From positions 20,472 to 84,471 of the forward strand of contig JAQUDJ010000001.1 of the NCBI GenBank assembly GCA_028685755.1: 64,000 nucleotides of DNA, read 5' to 3'. The translations under genes were made by a program, and so were the position numbers. Position 1 is the stretch's first letter; each line of letters starts with the position of its first letter. The notes under the pieces are model-generated. The model did not search any database. It had not been told where the DNA came from and saw only the letters and a list, made by a program, of their open reading frames with translations. The DNA is from Eubacteriales bacterium. GTDB lineage: Bacteria > Bacillota > Clostridia > Saccharofermentanales > UBA5734. Shown here piece by piece: positions 1 to 9,585 of the stretch.

Positions 1-1
1 T

Positions 2-1189
2 GAAGGCCCAAAATGGTGCGGAAAGACTAGAACCGCTCAGAATGCCGCAGCGAGTGTCCTTATGATGCAAGATCCAGATAAACAATCTTCCTATCTACAA
101 GCAGCCTCAATTAAGCCATCCTTACTGCTCCAAGGCGAAGTGCCAAGACTTTTGGACGAATGGCAAATCGCTCCTGTCTTATGGGATGCTGTCAGATTTA
201 CCGTAGATCAAAGAAGTCAGACAGGGCAATTTATCCTGACTGGATCGGCCGTTCCCTCAGACAATTTAACGTCACATACCGGAACAGGCCGGATTTCACG
301 CATACGCATGCGGACGATGAGTCTTTGTGAATCGAAGCATTCAAATGGCCTTGTCTCGCTGACTGAGTTATTCGATGGCCTGCAAGATATTGGCGGAATC
401 AATTCGATTACAATCGATGAATTTGCACAACTCATCACACGCGGGGGCTGGCCCGCTTCGGTTGGAGTTGATTTGGATATTGCTGAACAGCGTGCCCGAG
501 ATTACGTCGATGCGGTCGTCAATCAGGATGTTTCTCGCGTTAGTCCCGTCGAAAAGAATCCCGGCAAAGTCCGAACTTTGATGCGGTCAATCGCGCGAAA
601 CCTTGCGACAGAGGCCTCTCTGGCTACCCTAAAAAGTGATGTCGAGGGATTTGAAGATAGCATTAGTGCTCCCACAATTGCTTCCTACATGAATGCCCTC
701 GAGCGCATTTTTGTCGTGGAGGATTTGCCAGCTTGGAACCCTGCTTTACGCTCGAAAACGCCCCTTCGTTCTGCAGCCAAGCGACACTTCACCGATCCTT
801 CAATTGCGACGGCTGTCATGGGAATAACCGCGGGGCGATTGCTTGAAGACTTTAATACGTTTGGTTACCTGTTTGAATCGTTGTGCATTCGCGATTTGAG
901 AGTCTACGCGGATTACCTGGACGGTAACATTTTTCATTATCGTGATAAAACTGGTTTGGAGTCTGATGCGATTATTGTCTTGCGAGATGGTCGTTGGGCT
1001 GCCATTGAAGTGAAGATGGGCGCAAATGATTTCGATGTAGCGGCTGCAAATCTACTTAAAATTGCCGCGCGCATTGATACGGACAAAATGCGGCAACCTT
1101 CGTTTTTAATGATTCTCACGGCGACTGAATTCGCCTATCGTCGTCCAGACGGCGTGTGCGTTGTACCACTCGGATGCCTCAAGCCCTGA
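2..1189 (+). CDS. AAA+ ATPase with DUF4143-type C-terminal domain (5' end lies outside the window)
   Basis: The frame is open from nt 2. A Walker A motif GPKWCGKT is encoded at nt 5-28, upstream of the listed ATG at 62. The C-terminal FESLCIRDL...AAIEVKMG region is typical of DUF4143 ATPases. Confidence 0.75.
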   Translation, partial: EGPKWCGKTRTAQNAAASVLMMQDPDKQSSYLQAASIKPSLLLQGEVPRLLDEWQIAPVLWDAVRFTVDQRSQTGQFILTGSAVPSDNLTSHTGTGRISRIRMRTMSLCESKHSNGLVSLTELFDGLQDIGGINSITIDEFAQLITRGGWPASVGVDLDIAEQRARDYVDAVVNQDVSRVSPVEKNPGKVRTLMRSIARNLATEASLATLKSDVEGFEDSISAPTIASYMNALERIFVVEDLPAWNPALRSKTPLRSAAKRHFTDPSIATAVMGITAGRLLEDFNTFGYLFESLCIRDLRVYADYLDGNIFHYRDKTGLESDAIIVLRDGRWAAIEVKMGANDFDVAAANLLKIAARIDTDKMRQPSFLMILTATEFAYRRPDGVCVVPLGCLKP

Positions 1190-1364
1190 GTCGAGGTGTT
1201 TGTACCGATCTCACTGTCCCAATCAATTTTTTAGATACGGGCACTTCAGTTTGTATCCGGCATGTTGTAAAGCTTAGGCTCTGCTTTTGGGTACAATATC
1301 TCTTAAGGAAGCTGATAAACAGTGTCAGGCACCATTTCCTGTTAGAATAAAATTATCAATTAAA

Positions 1365-1372
1365 TGTATAAT
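1365..1372 (+). promoter_or_regulatory. Extended -10 element TGTATAAT upstream of the small lipoprotein gene
   Basis: TGTATAAT is read directly, about 60 nt upstream of the ATG at 1434. There is no strong -35. Confidence 0.3.
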
Positions 1373-1433
1373 GCGTTCGACAAAAAGCCTATTGCTATGG
1401 TCTTTTCATTTTTTCAAAATAGGGGGTTGCACG

Positions 1434-1769
1434 ATGTTTAAGAAGCGTTCGATCTGGCGTTTGCCAATCATCTTCCTGCTCGTTTCCCTGACCTTGCTGG
1501 TCCTGACTGCTTGCGTGCCCGGCGATGGCTCTGCCACCCCCGCCCGTCCCGCTGACTTCTTGTGGGGTATATGGCACGGCTGGATTGCACCGATCAGTCT
1601 GATCATCGGAATTTTCAACCGCAATATCCACATTTACGAAAATATTAACAATGGTTGGTGGTATGACTTGGGTTACTATATGGCCATAATCAGCGGTTTT
1701 GGCGGTTTATCCCTGGGAAGACGCAGTCGGCGATCCCGGGAAGAAAAAGGTGACGGCTATGGAGCTTGA
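1434..1769 (+). CDS. Small membrane lipoprotein, function unknown
   Basis: RBS AGGGGG lies 7 nt before the ATG at 1434. Signal peptide with lipobox LLVLTAC. Trp/Gly-rich hydrophobic C-terminal half. The longer ORF starting at 1287 has no RBS. Confidence 0.6.
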   Translation: MFKKRSIWRLPIIFLLVSLTLLVLTACVPGDGSATPARPADFLWGIWHGWIAPISLIIGIFNRNIHIYENINNGWWYDLGYYMAIISGFGGLSLGRRSRRSREEKGDGYGA

Positions 1770-1911
1770 TCAACGCTAGGAACTCGCCAAGTGCCTGTAC
1801 CAGCCTGCTTTTCAACCGCAGATTGTGGGCGTACCGGAATTGCTTTTTGCGGTGCTCATCGGCGAGGGCAATCCGAACGAAGCAGCATTCAGTGGAAAAG
1901 TATCGGGATAA
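1759..1911 (+). pseudogene. N-terminal remnant of a GyrI-like (effector-binding domain) protein with an in-frame TAG
   Basis: Translation is MELDQR*ELAKCLYQPAFQPQIVGVPELLFAVLIGEGNPNEAAFSGKVSG*. This matches the usual K-x-LY-x-P...P-x-I-x-VP-x-x-x-F...G-x-G-x-PN N-terminus of about 200-aa GyrI-like proteins. It stops after about 50 codons, next to the 3' end of the convergent gene. Confidence 0.45.
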
Positions 1912-1948
1912 GTTAATAACATATGCGGAGAGTCCCGTACAAGGCCTT

Positions 1949-3103
1949 TTACATATCCGCCAGGCGTGTCCACGTGTTGCCATTTTTTTGACTTTCAACA
2001 CAGGCCTGGACAAAACGAACGCCGGCAACGCCATCTACTGCTTTGGGGAAGAAATACGATTCTGCGTCAGCCAAGGCGTTTCTTTTCTTTTCCATGAGAA
2101 ATTGAATGAACGCCCTGTAAATGTTTCCATAGGCTTCATAGAACCCTTCAGGATGTCCCGCAGGTAAACGAGAAGCCTTGCGACTTTCTGAACCTAAATA
2201 ATCTCGATTTGCAGAGAGGATCTGAACTGGTCGACCCAGCATGGCCAGATGTAGATGCGTTTGATCTTCATGTGTCCATTGAATTGAACCTTTATCGCCG
2301 TATATTTTTAACGAAATGGAGCAATCATGTCCGATTGCGACATTTGACATCCAGCAGAGCCCTTTAACCCCATTACTGTATTTTAGGATGATTCTGGCGA
2401 CTGTCTCAAGGGGGGCATTTTCAGGATAGTAATCAAAACTTGCAAGGACACTTTCAAGTTCAAGCCCAGTCATTGATTTGATTAAATAAAACAAATGCAC
2501 GCCGATTGCAGCGGTCACATTTGAATTTCCCGATTTTGCTGGATCTCCAATCCAACTTGTATAGTTCTGCTCACCCTGTGCAAGTCCAAGGATCATCCAA
2601 TCCTGCGGATACTCGGCAACAATATCGATAATCCGGCCAATTGTTCCCGTTTGTATCAGTTTTTTGCATTCTTGCAAAATGGGGTAATGGGGATAGGTAT
2701 ATGTGATGCAAATTTCCAACCCATTTTGTGCAGCTAGCGCTTTTAATGCTTCCGCTTCATTGACACTCAAGGTAAAAGGCTTTTCGCAAACTACATTGAT
2801 TCCGTGTTCGAGAAAACACTTGGCCACAAGATAGTGCAAGTGATTGGGTGTCACAATGCTGACAAAATCAATTTTATCTTGGCGTTTGGATTCAACTTCA
2901 GCCATTTCTTGATAAGTTTCGTATATCCGATCAGTTGCGACCCCCCACATCTCGCCGTCACGCTTGTTCAGTTCACTATTTCGCGTAAAGCAGCCAGCTA
3001 CAAGACACGCTGAATTGTCAATCGTTGCACCAATTCGATGGCTATTTCCAATATTGCCGTTATTACCACCGCCAACCATGCCAAACTTCAGTCTGTTTTC
3101 CAT
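1949..3103 (-). CDS. Gfo/Idh/MocA family oxidoreductase
   Basis: N-terminal Rossmann motif KFGMVGGGNNGNIG and an EKP motif (VVCEKPF). RBS GGAG precedes the ATG at 3103; the listed start at 3139 adds 12 unsupported residues. Confidence 0.85.
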   Translation of the reverse strand: MENRLKFGMVGGGNNGNIGNSHRIGATIDNSACLVAGCFTRNSELNKRDGEMWGVATDRIYETYQEMAEVESKRQDKIDFVSIVTPNHLHYLVAKCFLEHGINVVCEKPFTLSVNEAEALKALAAQNGLEICITYTYPHYPILQECKKLIQTGTIGRIIDIVAEYPQDWMILGLAQGEQNYTSWIGDPAKSGNSNVTAAIGVHLFYLIKSMTGLELESVLASFDYYPENAPLETVARIILKYSNGVKGLCWMSNVAIGHDCSISLKIYGDKGSIQWTHEDQTHLHLAMLGRPVQILSANRDYLGSESRKASRLPAGHPEGFYEAYGNIYRAFIQFLMEKKRNALADAESYFFPKAVDGVAGVRFVQACVESQKNGNTWTRLADM

Positions 3104-3380
3104 TGCTCTACTCCATCTATCTTGAAAACTAGGTCGCAACTATCTCTTTTTCGGAATATTGATCATTATCTCATATGAATCGTCCGTCGAGTTGCTAGGC
3201 ACCATGGCTTTCTGTGGAATCGCGAATTTGTGATAACATTAAGGTGTTGGTTGTCTGTTGTCTGATGTCTGATGATGGTTGTGAATTGCAATGTTGCATA
3301 TGGGAAATTATCGAATAGCTCTGTCTGACTGAGGTTAGCATGAATGCAACTTCACTCAGTTTGAAACGGAGGAAATCCCT

Positions 3381-5693
3381 ATGAAAAAGATCTGGCAACG
3401 CTTGACCGCAAGTGCTATCATCTTAATTCTTTTGACTGGCGGATGTTCTAAAGTCGCTCTGCCTGATGCCACGTCAGACATCCTTTCTCCTTCGTCCAAT
3501 TCGACTCAACTAGAGGCCACAATCGGAAATGACCAATTTGAACTTGAACAACTTCTTCTTGGTCAAATTCGTGGTGGGTTATTCTTTGCTAATTATGGTT
3601 CGTCTTATGATTCGAAATATCGTTCAGCCCGTGCGCAGGCAGTTGAAACTTTCAAGCAAGATATAATTAAGCTTGTTTCAGCTGAACAATTAGCTTCAGA
3701 GGGCTTTTTTGCATACGAACAATTTCTACTGAGTTACTTCGATCAAGTGAATCCTGATGCAACTAGAATTCTACAATCAATCGCACAAGAAATATTGCTT
3801 AATCGAATTTCCAGGTCAACATATTTAGCACAAATTTCTATATTCCAGTCGACCTCACCTAACAATTTATTGCTAAAAGCAACTTTGGACAATGCGATAT
3901 TTGATGCCGCGAGAGCACTCTATGCTCAGCAAATCACTTATCTATCTTGGCTCCTTGGTGCAACGGAAGTTGCTGCTCAGCTACTTGGCCAGACAAATCA
4001 GATTTCGTCCAATGCCTTGCTTCTTGATGCGTCTCAGGCGTTCAATAATTTTTTAGTAGGCCGTGGCATCGATCTCGTATCTAGATATTCCAATATTGCG
4101 ACCAGTTATACTTATCTTGTTTCTGCGGATTATTACTTTGGCGAGCACCAGTTCGACCTTTTGACACAAGTTTTTCCGCAAAAGCCTGTACTTTCAGACG
4201 GGTTGATTGATTTTGAAAATATGTATTCTGATCTTCTTAAAACTGATCGCAAGCCAGCAAACTTAATCGATCTTTCAACACCAAATTTCTCGACATATAA
4301 ACATATGCCCCGGTCGACTTTGTTCAGTTTTCTCGATGTCTCAGTATATGCTGAAACGACATCAGCGGATCAGTCGGCATTCGCATTAGCCATGATGTTG
4401 TTAGCCGAGCTCGAAACACTGCCCGCCCAGAAGTGGCGAGAACATACGATCGATACGCTTCTGACAGAGATCATACTCTTGCCCGGTTTATCTGACAGTC
4501 TAGAAAATTTACAGCAACAAGTTGATCCGAATTTACGCCAAGATTTTCGGACGAAAGTGCTTCAATTAGCTGAAATTAATCCATTAGCTGGCAGCGATGA
4601 CCAACCCGAAACCCTCCAAATCCACCAAGAAATTGAAAATGTGTCATCGGTGCCAATTTTGACTGATGAAGCCCGTACTGAATTGATACAAAATATATCA
4701 AATGGTCAATCTTTGCTAGAGGGTCTCTATCTAATCAATGAAGATTTTGCATACTCGCAAATGATCAATCAGTTGACAGAAATGATCACTGATAAAACAA
4801 ATCTTGATCCCGAACGTCTCCAGTCAATTAATCAACTTCTTAATCAAGATTTGGAAGCTAGTTTGGGTGATCGAAAGGGTGAATTAATTAGCCGGTTGAT
4901 CGATACTTCAGCTGAGGATATCCTCGATCAATTTAACGGTTGGCGACAAGACACCGAGAATTTCCAATCTACACAATTTGATCACGACGACTTAATCCGA
5001 TTGCTAAGCCGATTTGGTCTCGTACTTGCTGAAGAAAACAATGCATCAACTTCACAAACTGATATTGAAACTACCCAAGAGTCAGATGTAAATCAAACGA
5101 GTGAGTTTGTAGAAAAAGGGTACTGGGAGCTAATCGAAACGATCGAAGTTATTCCTTCAACGCATGAAATTGGTGATGACAGCGACCATCGGATATATAC
5201 ATTTGAATATTCAAATGGTTTGATTAGTTGCGAATATGAACGTAAAGTGTACGATGGAATCAAAAAATCATATCTTACCGAAACCATTGCAACACGCGGC
5301 GGGTGGTCATTGGCTAATACTGATGGCGCATTTTTACCTGGTGAAGTTGTCAAAATTAACTTAGCAACGCAAATTGATTCATTTTCTCGTCTCACCGTGG
5401 TTGCGTCTGGTGGAACCGGCACAAATAATTCAGGTGTTTCTGCTTGGGCATACATTGGCCGAGAAAATACCGCTTTTGGCAATGCAAGTTCCGGCATTCT
5501 TGAGTCAATAAGCGGTGAATCCGTTTGTCGGGCTAGCATCATTGATGGCGAAATCGCAATTGACAATGCGACACTTGAAGTTGCGGGGTCATTTGGTCCG
5601 GGTGCCGACGAAGAGGTAAAAGTGCTATTTGTCGTCATCAGTAATCAAGGCCGCGTTGGCGGTGTCAAATATATCTATAAATTCGCTAAATGA
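3381..5693 (+). CDS. Large (770 aa) secreted lipoprotein, function unknown
   Basis: RBS GGAGG precedes the ATG. Signal peptide with lipobox LLTGGCS. A long helical Q/L/S-rich region is followed by a beta-rich C-terminal domain of about 190 aa. No motif recognised. Confidence 0.7.
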   Translation: MKKIWQRLTASAIILILLTGGCSKVALPDATSDILSPSSNSTQLEATIGNDQFELEQLLLGQIRGGLFFANYGSSYDSKYRSARAQAVETFKQDIIKLVSAEQLASEGFFAYEQFLLSYFDQVNPDATRILQSIAQEILLNRISRSTYLAQISIFQSTSPNNLLLKATLDNAIFDAARALYAQQITYLSWLLGATEVAAQLLGQTNQISSNALLLDASQAFNNFLVGRGIDLVSRYSNIATSYTYLVSADYYFGEHQFDLLTQVFPQKPVLSDGLIDFENMYSDLLKTDRKPANLIDLSTPNFSTYKHMPRSTLFSFLDVSVYAETTSADQSAFALAMMLLAELETLPAQKWREHTIDTLLTEIILLPGLSDSLENLQQQVDPNLRQDFRTKVLQLAEINPLAGSDDQPETLQIHQEIENVSSVPILTDEARTELIQNISNGQSLLEGLYLINEDFAYSQMINQLTEMITDKTNLDPERLQSINQLLNQDLEASLGDRKGELISRLIDTSAEDILDQFNGWRQDTENFQSTQFDHDDLIRLLSRFGLVLAEENNASTSQTDIETTQESDVNQTSEFVEKGYWELIETIEVIPSTHEIGDDSDHRIYTFEYSNGLISCEYERKVYDGIKKSYLTETIATRGGWSLANTDGAFLPGEVVKINLATQIDSFSRLTVVASGGTGTNNSGVSAWAYIGRENTAFGNASSGILESISGESVCRASIIDGEIAIDNATLEVAGSFGPGADEEVKVLFVVISNQGRVGGVKYIYKFAK

Positions 5694-5833
5694 ATGATCC
5701 TTAACTCTATAAGCAGTCAAAGGCCCGTCTTATTCATTTTTTTCGAAGAAATTATACAATATCTATTTGCGAATAAGCACTTCAAGAGAATGGCTATGAT
5801 AAATGGGAATTGTAATCGGTCTTGTGCGTGTCA

Positions 5834-6778
5834 TTATAGGCAGATTTCCATTCCCGCCTCACCGCTTGTTCCATCGAACAGCACGTCCCCAGTCAAATTG
5901 GTCAGTTTCACGGAAACCGTAGCTGTGATGCTTTCGATTATTTCCCGGTTCATGAGTCCATCGATTGGCGCGCGAAGTTTCCCACCGCCACGCATTTGGG
6001 CGGTGAATTCGAGTCTGCCGATTGGACCGTCCAGAACACCTTGGCATGTCCCCTTTTCAGGATCCACCTGCCAGTAATTCAAACGTGAAAAGTTATACGT
6101 CGCAAAGCGGGTCTCAATCCCTTGAAAGTTAGTCAAATAAGCGAAGAAACCTTGGAATTCGCTGCCCAACCAAGGAATTCTAGCCCGTGAAAAGACAAAT
6201 GATGCGTCTCCTAGATCAAAATGGCTTGCCTGAATCCAGAGATAAGTTTGTGGGAATGAACGACCATAGTCTTTTTCGATATACCCTGCGCCGTCATCAA
6301 AATTATATATGGTCCCATTCAAATTGATGGTTCCACTGATCCGATGCGAAAGGTGGACGATAGCATGATAGCATTCCATAAAGGGTACGAACTGGAATGG
6401 ACCCATAATACTTGGAGTATGCCAGGTAACTGGAAAATCTCGGATTTCAGAAAATTTCAAATGCCCCGATAGCATTCCTTCTGTCGAGTCAATGTCGAGT
6501 GAAAGCCCTGCCGAATGAAAGCTATTTGCCCCAATTCGGATTTCGAGCCGATCTTGAGAAGCCGTAAATTCGGAAAATGGTAGCTCAAAGTACCATGTCC
6601 TGCCGGCGACCGCATCAATAACTTGAATAAATGCATGTCTTTGGCCAGTGGGGTCTATGGCCATCCCGGGGATTAACGCAATCGCTTGCTTGCGGTCTGC
6701 ACTGATACATTTAAAATACCAACCTTCAAAATACGTATGCCGCTTGCGTTCCCCCTGAAAATGGGCAGGATTCTTCAT
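5834..6778 (-). CDS. Tocopherol-cyclase-like family protein
   Basis: The N-terminal HTYFEGWYFK motif is characteristic of the tocopherol cyclase (VTE1-like) family. The size of about 310 aa fits bacterial members. Confidence 0.55.
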   Translation of the reverse strand: MKNPAHFQGERKRHTYFEGWYFKCISADRKQAIALIPGMAIDPTGQRHAFIQVIDAVAGRTWYFELPFSEFTASQDRLEIRIGANSFHSAGLSLDIDSTEGMLSGHLKFSEIRDFPVTWHTPSIMGPFQFVPFMECYHAIVHLSHRISGTINLNGTIYNFDDGAGYIEKDYGRSFPQTYLWIQASHFDLGDASFVFSRARIPWLGSEFQGFFAYLTNFQGIETRFATYNFSRLNYWQVDPEKGTCQGVLDGPIGRLEFTAQMRGGGKLRAPIDGLMNREIIESITATVSVKLTNLTGDVLFDGTSGEAGMEICL

Positions 6779-6889
6779 GATTTACCCCCGCTTTGAATGC
6801 CCTGTATTGAGTTTAGGTGGTATGGTGCTAGACACCGATTGCCATCTAGGATAATCGATATCTGCATTAATTTTCTAGCAATAAAGCCA

Positions 6890-7042
6890 CTATATTTTTG
6901 GCTTGATCCGGTCCTCGACCGTCGGAAGTTCATCCTTGCCAATTTCGACCCTGTATCCGCGCCGCATACGTTCAAAATATACGATGCTTTCGAGGCTATA
7001 ACCAATATCGGCATTTTTGTCACCAAGCATGAGGTGGCGCAT
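6890..7042 (-). pseudogene. Possible C-terminal remnant of a COG1373-type (AAA_14/DUF4143) ATPase; 50 codons, not in the ORF track
   Basis: Translation is MRHLMLGDKNADIGYSLESIVYFERMRRGYRVEIGKDELPTVEDRIKPKI*. The stretch LESIVYFERMRRGYRVEIGK resembles the conserved LEN-x-V-x-x-EL-x-RRGY-x-V-x-x-GK segment near the C-terminus of those ATPases. Confidence 0.3.
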
Positions 7043-7056
7043 ATGTTCTAGCGAAC

Positions 7057-8337
7057 TTAATAACGGTTTTTGGGCTTCGCTTGTTGGGTTTGGCGTTGCG
7101 CGCGGGATGTTTGCGGCTGCGAGGGTCGTGCGTGTTGTGTTGCTTGCCGTTGTTGTGGCATGTGGCGGCGTCCCATTTGTACCGGTTTCGGTTCGATCGT
7201 TGTGATCATCAAAGGAAATGAATGTCCATCGACGACAGGGATCGGTTTGACGATTAATTTCTCAATGGCAGTCAAGAGTTTCTTTTCTTCAAAATCACAA
7301 AACGAAAGTGATGTTCCGACATTGCCAGCGCGGCCACTGCGGCCAATGCGGTGAACGTATGTTTCCGGCACTTCTGGCAGGTCATAGTTAATCACGTAGG
7401 ATAGTCCGTCGATGTCGATGCCTCGGGCTGCGATATCAGTTGCGACTAACACGCGCGTGGTTTTGCTTTTAAAGTCGCTTAAGGCGCGGACTCTGGCGTT
7501 TTGCGACTTGTTGCCATGAATCGCCTGTGCTCGGATACGGCTGTCATTGAGTTCGCGAACGACACGGTCAGCACCATGTTTGGTCCGGGTAAAGACGAGG
7601 ACCGAATCGATCTGTGGATTGCCTAGCAAATGAATCAAGAGGTGGCGCTTATTGGCTTTGTCGACAAAATAGACCGTCTGTTGAATCTTCTCGACGGTCG
7701 GGGATTCCGGAGAGATTGAGACGTGGATTGGATCGACCAAAATGGCCCGCGAGAGTTTGACAATTTCTGCTGGCATTGTCGCTGAAAAAAACAAGGTTTG
7801 GCGCTTGGCGGGCACTTGGGCAATCACGCGTTTGACGTCGTGGATAAATCCCATGTCGAGCATTCGGTCAGCTTCATCGAGGATCAAAATTTCAATTTGG
7901 GCCAACGTGATAATGCGTTGGTTGAGCAGGTCTAATAAGCGGCCGGGGGTTGCGACAAGGATGTCTACCCCTTGTCGCAATTGGATTTCTTGCTGATTTT
8001 GCGAAACGCCCCCAAAAATGACGCAGGATCGCAATCCGGTATGCCGGCCATAGGTTTGCATGCTTTCGTGAATTTGCAAAGCGAGTTCGCGGGTTGGTGT
8101 CAGGATCAGGGCGCTGATTGAGCGGCGTGGTGAACGCGCTTTGTGCATCAGGCGTTGTAAAGTTGGCACGGCAAAAGCGGCTGTTTTGCCAGTTCCAGTC
8201 TGCGCACAACCTAGCAGGTCGCGGCCGGATAGGATCGGCGGAATAGCCTGGACTTGTATTGGGGTTGGATGCTTGTAATGTGCTTGTTCAAGGGCTTTGA
8301 GGATAAGTGGGGCGATATTTAATTCAGTGAAATTCAT
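7057..8337 (-). CDS. DEAD-box ATP-dependent RNA helicase (RhlE-like)
   Basis: Q-motif PTPIQ, Walker [13 protein letters not shown] box (LDEAD), SAT motif and [10 protein letters not shown]. The C-terminal tail is basic and Q/R-rich. Confidence 0.95.
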   Translation of the reverse strand: MNFTELNIAPLILKALEQAHYKHPTPIQVQAIPPILSGRDLLGCAQTGTGKTAAFAVPTLQRLMHKARSPRRSISALILTPTRELALQIHESMQTYGRHTGLRSCVIFGGVSQNQQEIQLRQGVDILVATPGRLLDLLNQRIITLAQIEILILDEADRMLDMGFIHDVKRVIAQVPAKRQTLFFSATMPAEIVKLSRAILVDPIHVSISPESPTVEKIQQTVYFVDKANKRHLLIHLLGNPQIDSVLVFTRTKHGADRVVRELNDSRIRAQAIHGNKSQNARVRALSDFKSKTTRVLVATDIAARGIDIDGLSYVINYDLPEVPETYVHRIGRSGRAGNVGTSLSFCDFEEKKLLTAIEKLIVKPIPVVDGHSFPLMITTIEPKPVQMGRRHMPQQRQATQHARPSQPQTSRAQRQTQQAKPKNRY

Positions 8338-8364
8338 CTAATCTCCAGGGGTTATATTTGCATC

Positions 8365-8399
8365 AAAAAACCGCTACTCCCAATGAACAGAAGTAGCGG
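8365..8399 (-). terminator. Rho-independent terminator of the sugar ABC operon
   Basis: Stem CCGCTACT (8371-8378) pairs with AGTAGCGG (8392-8399). On the minus strand it is followed by a run of 6 T (A-run 8365-8370 on plus). Confidence 0.7.
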
Positions 8400-8484
8400 T
8401 CAGTTCAAGCGGCTCGGTTGGTTAAGCAAGCTGAGCATATCACAATTTGGTAATTACTGCAAAAAGACCTATTGATTAGACATT

Positions 8485-9585
8485 TTAATGTCGCCATTTC
8501 TTAATTTCTTGGAGACGTTCGCGGATGACTGGGCCGATGGTTTGGACAAGAATCACGATGATCAAAACCAAGCCTTGGAAGGTATCTTGAATATCCGTGC
8601 TCAATGAGGGGACACTCACAATAATGAAATTGATTGTTGTGTAGGAGAGTGCACCGAAGAAAACGCCGAGGATATTGCCGCGACCGCCGGCCATGTTGAT
8701 CCCACCGAGAACGACTGCGGCAATTGCGTACATTTCATAACTCTTACCCGAAGATGCGGGCGTAATATTGCCGATTTTGGCAGCTTGGATAAAGCTGGCT
8801 AAACCGACAAGCATACCCGTGATGATAAAGACGGATACTTTTTTCCACTGCACGTTAACACCGGCGAGATGGGATGCCTTTTCATTGCTGCCAACTGCAT
8901 AGATACTCTTGCCGTATTTGGTTTTGCTCATAATAAAGACAAAGATGATTACTGTAATAATGAAAACAAAAGTAATATACGGGATTGATAAGCCCGGTAG
9001 ACTCCCGGTACCGAATTTCATGCGCATGGCTTCATAGTTTTGGTTGCTTTTAAGCATCGCAAATTGGCTGCTCGATGAGCCGGTAAGATCGGGACTAATT
9101 TCTCGAACTAAATAGAGCGATATCGAGCGGTAGATGAGCATTGTGCCGAGTGTCACGATGAAGGGTGGCATTTTGGCATAGCCGACGAGAACGCCGTTGA
9201 TTCCGCCAGCGATGGCCCCGGCAGCGAGCGCGGCAAGCAGCGTGATGATTATGTTGTCCGTCACATTAAAGGTGACAATGGTTGCCCCGGTCGTTAAGAC
9301 GAGTGCTGAGCCAATTGATAAGTCGATCTGGCCGGTGATAATAACCAGCCCCATTCCAAGTGCAATCGTGCCGACGATCACGGTGTTCTGGCTTGAAAGG
9401 ATCGCAGTGATATGCTGCCACCTAAAGGTATTGCCAGCTGCCTCAATGGTCAAGGAATACACGAACAGGATAATGAAGAAAACAAATACAAAACTATACT
9501 TTTTCCAAGCGGTCTGGATCAGTCTTCCGACTGTCGGCAGGACCTTTCGCATAATCGGTTCAGCTGACATGATCATGGCCTCCAC
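8485..9585 (-). CDS. Sugar ABC transporter permease (ribose/galactofuranose type, BPD_transp_2)
   Basis: Polytopic membrane protein with a Gly-rich GGINMAGGRG segment typical of RbsC/YjfF-type permeases. It overlaps the upstream ATPase stop. The start could be 9585, 9576 or 9570. Confidence 0.85.
   Translation of the reverse strand: MEAMIMSAEPIMRKVLPTVGRLIQTAWKKYSFVFVFFIILFVYSLTIEAAGNTFRWQHITAILSSQNTVIVGTIALGMGLVIITGQIDLSIGSALVLTTGATIVTFNVTDNIIITLLAALAAGAIAGGINGVLVGYAKMPPFIVTLGTMLIYRSISLYLVREISPDLTGSSSSQFAMLKSNQNYEAMRMKFGTGSLPGLSIPYITFVFIITVIIFVFIMSKTKYGKSIYAVGSNEKASHLAGVNVQWKKVSVFIITGMLVGLASFIQAAKIGNITPASSGKSYEMYAIAAVVLGGINMAGGRGNILGVFFGALSYTTINFIIVSVPSLSTDIQDTFQGLVLIIVILVQTIGPVIRERLQEIKKWRH

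Noticed and set aside
1690-2167. Listed ORFs 1766-2167 (+) and 1690-2034 (-), which span the gap and the 3' end of the oxidoreductase gene.
   Set aside because: No RBS and no recognisable motifs, and they overlap the well-supported Gfo/Idh/MocA gene. The only meaningful reading of the gap is the GyrI-like remnant in a different frame.
3240-3275. A short TGTCTG(A) repeat run (gttgtctgttgtctgatgtctgatgatgg) upstream of the large lipoprotein gene.
   Set aside because: Only three imperfect copies of a 6-7 nt unit. No symmetry or known site, so it is probably chance in an AT-rich spacer.
7017-7354. Plus-strand ORFs 7017-7205 and 7070-7354, rich in Cys, Arg and Val.
   Set aside because: They are antisense to the Q/R-rich basic tail of the DEAD-box helicase, so they are compositional artefacts.
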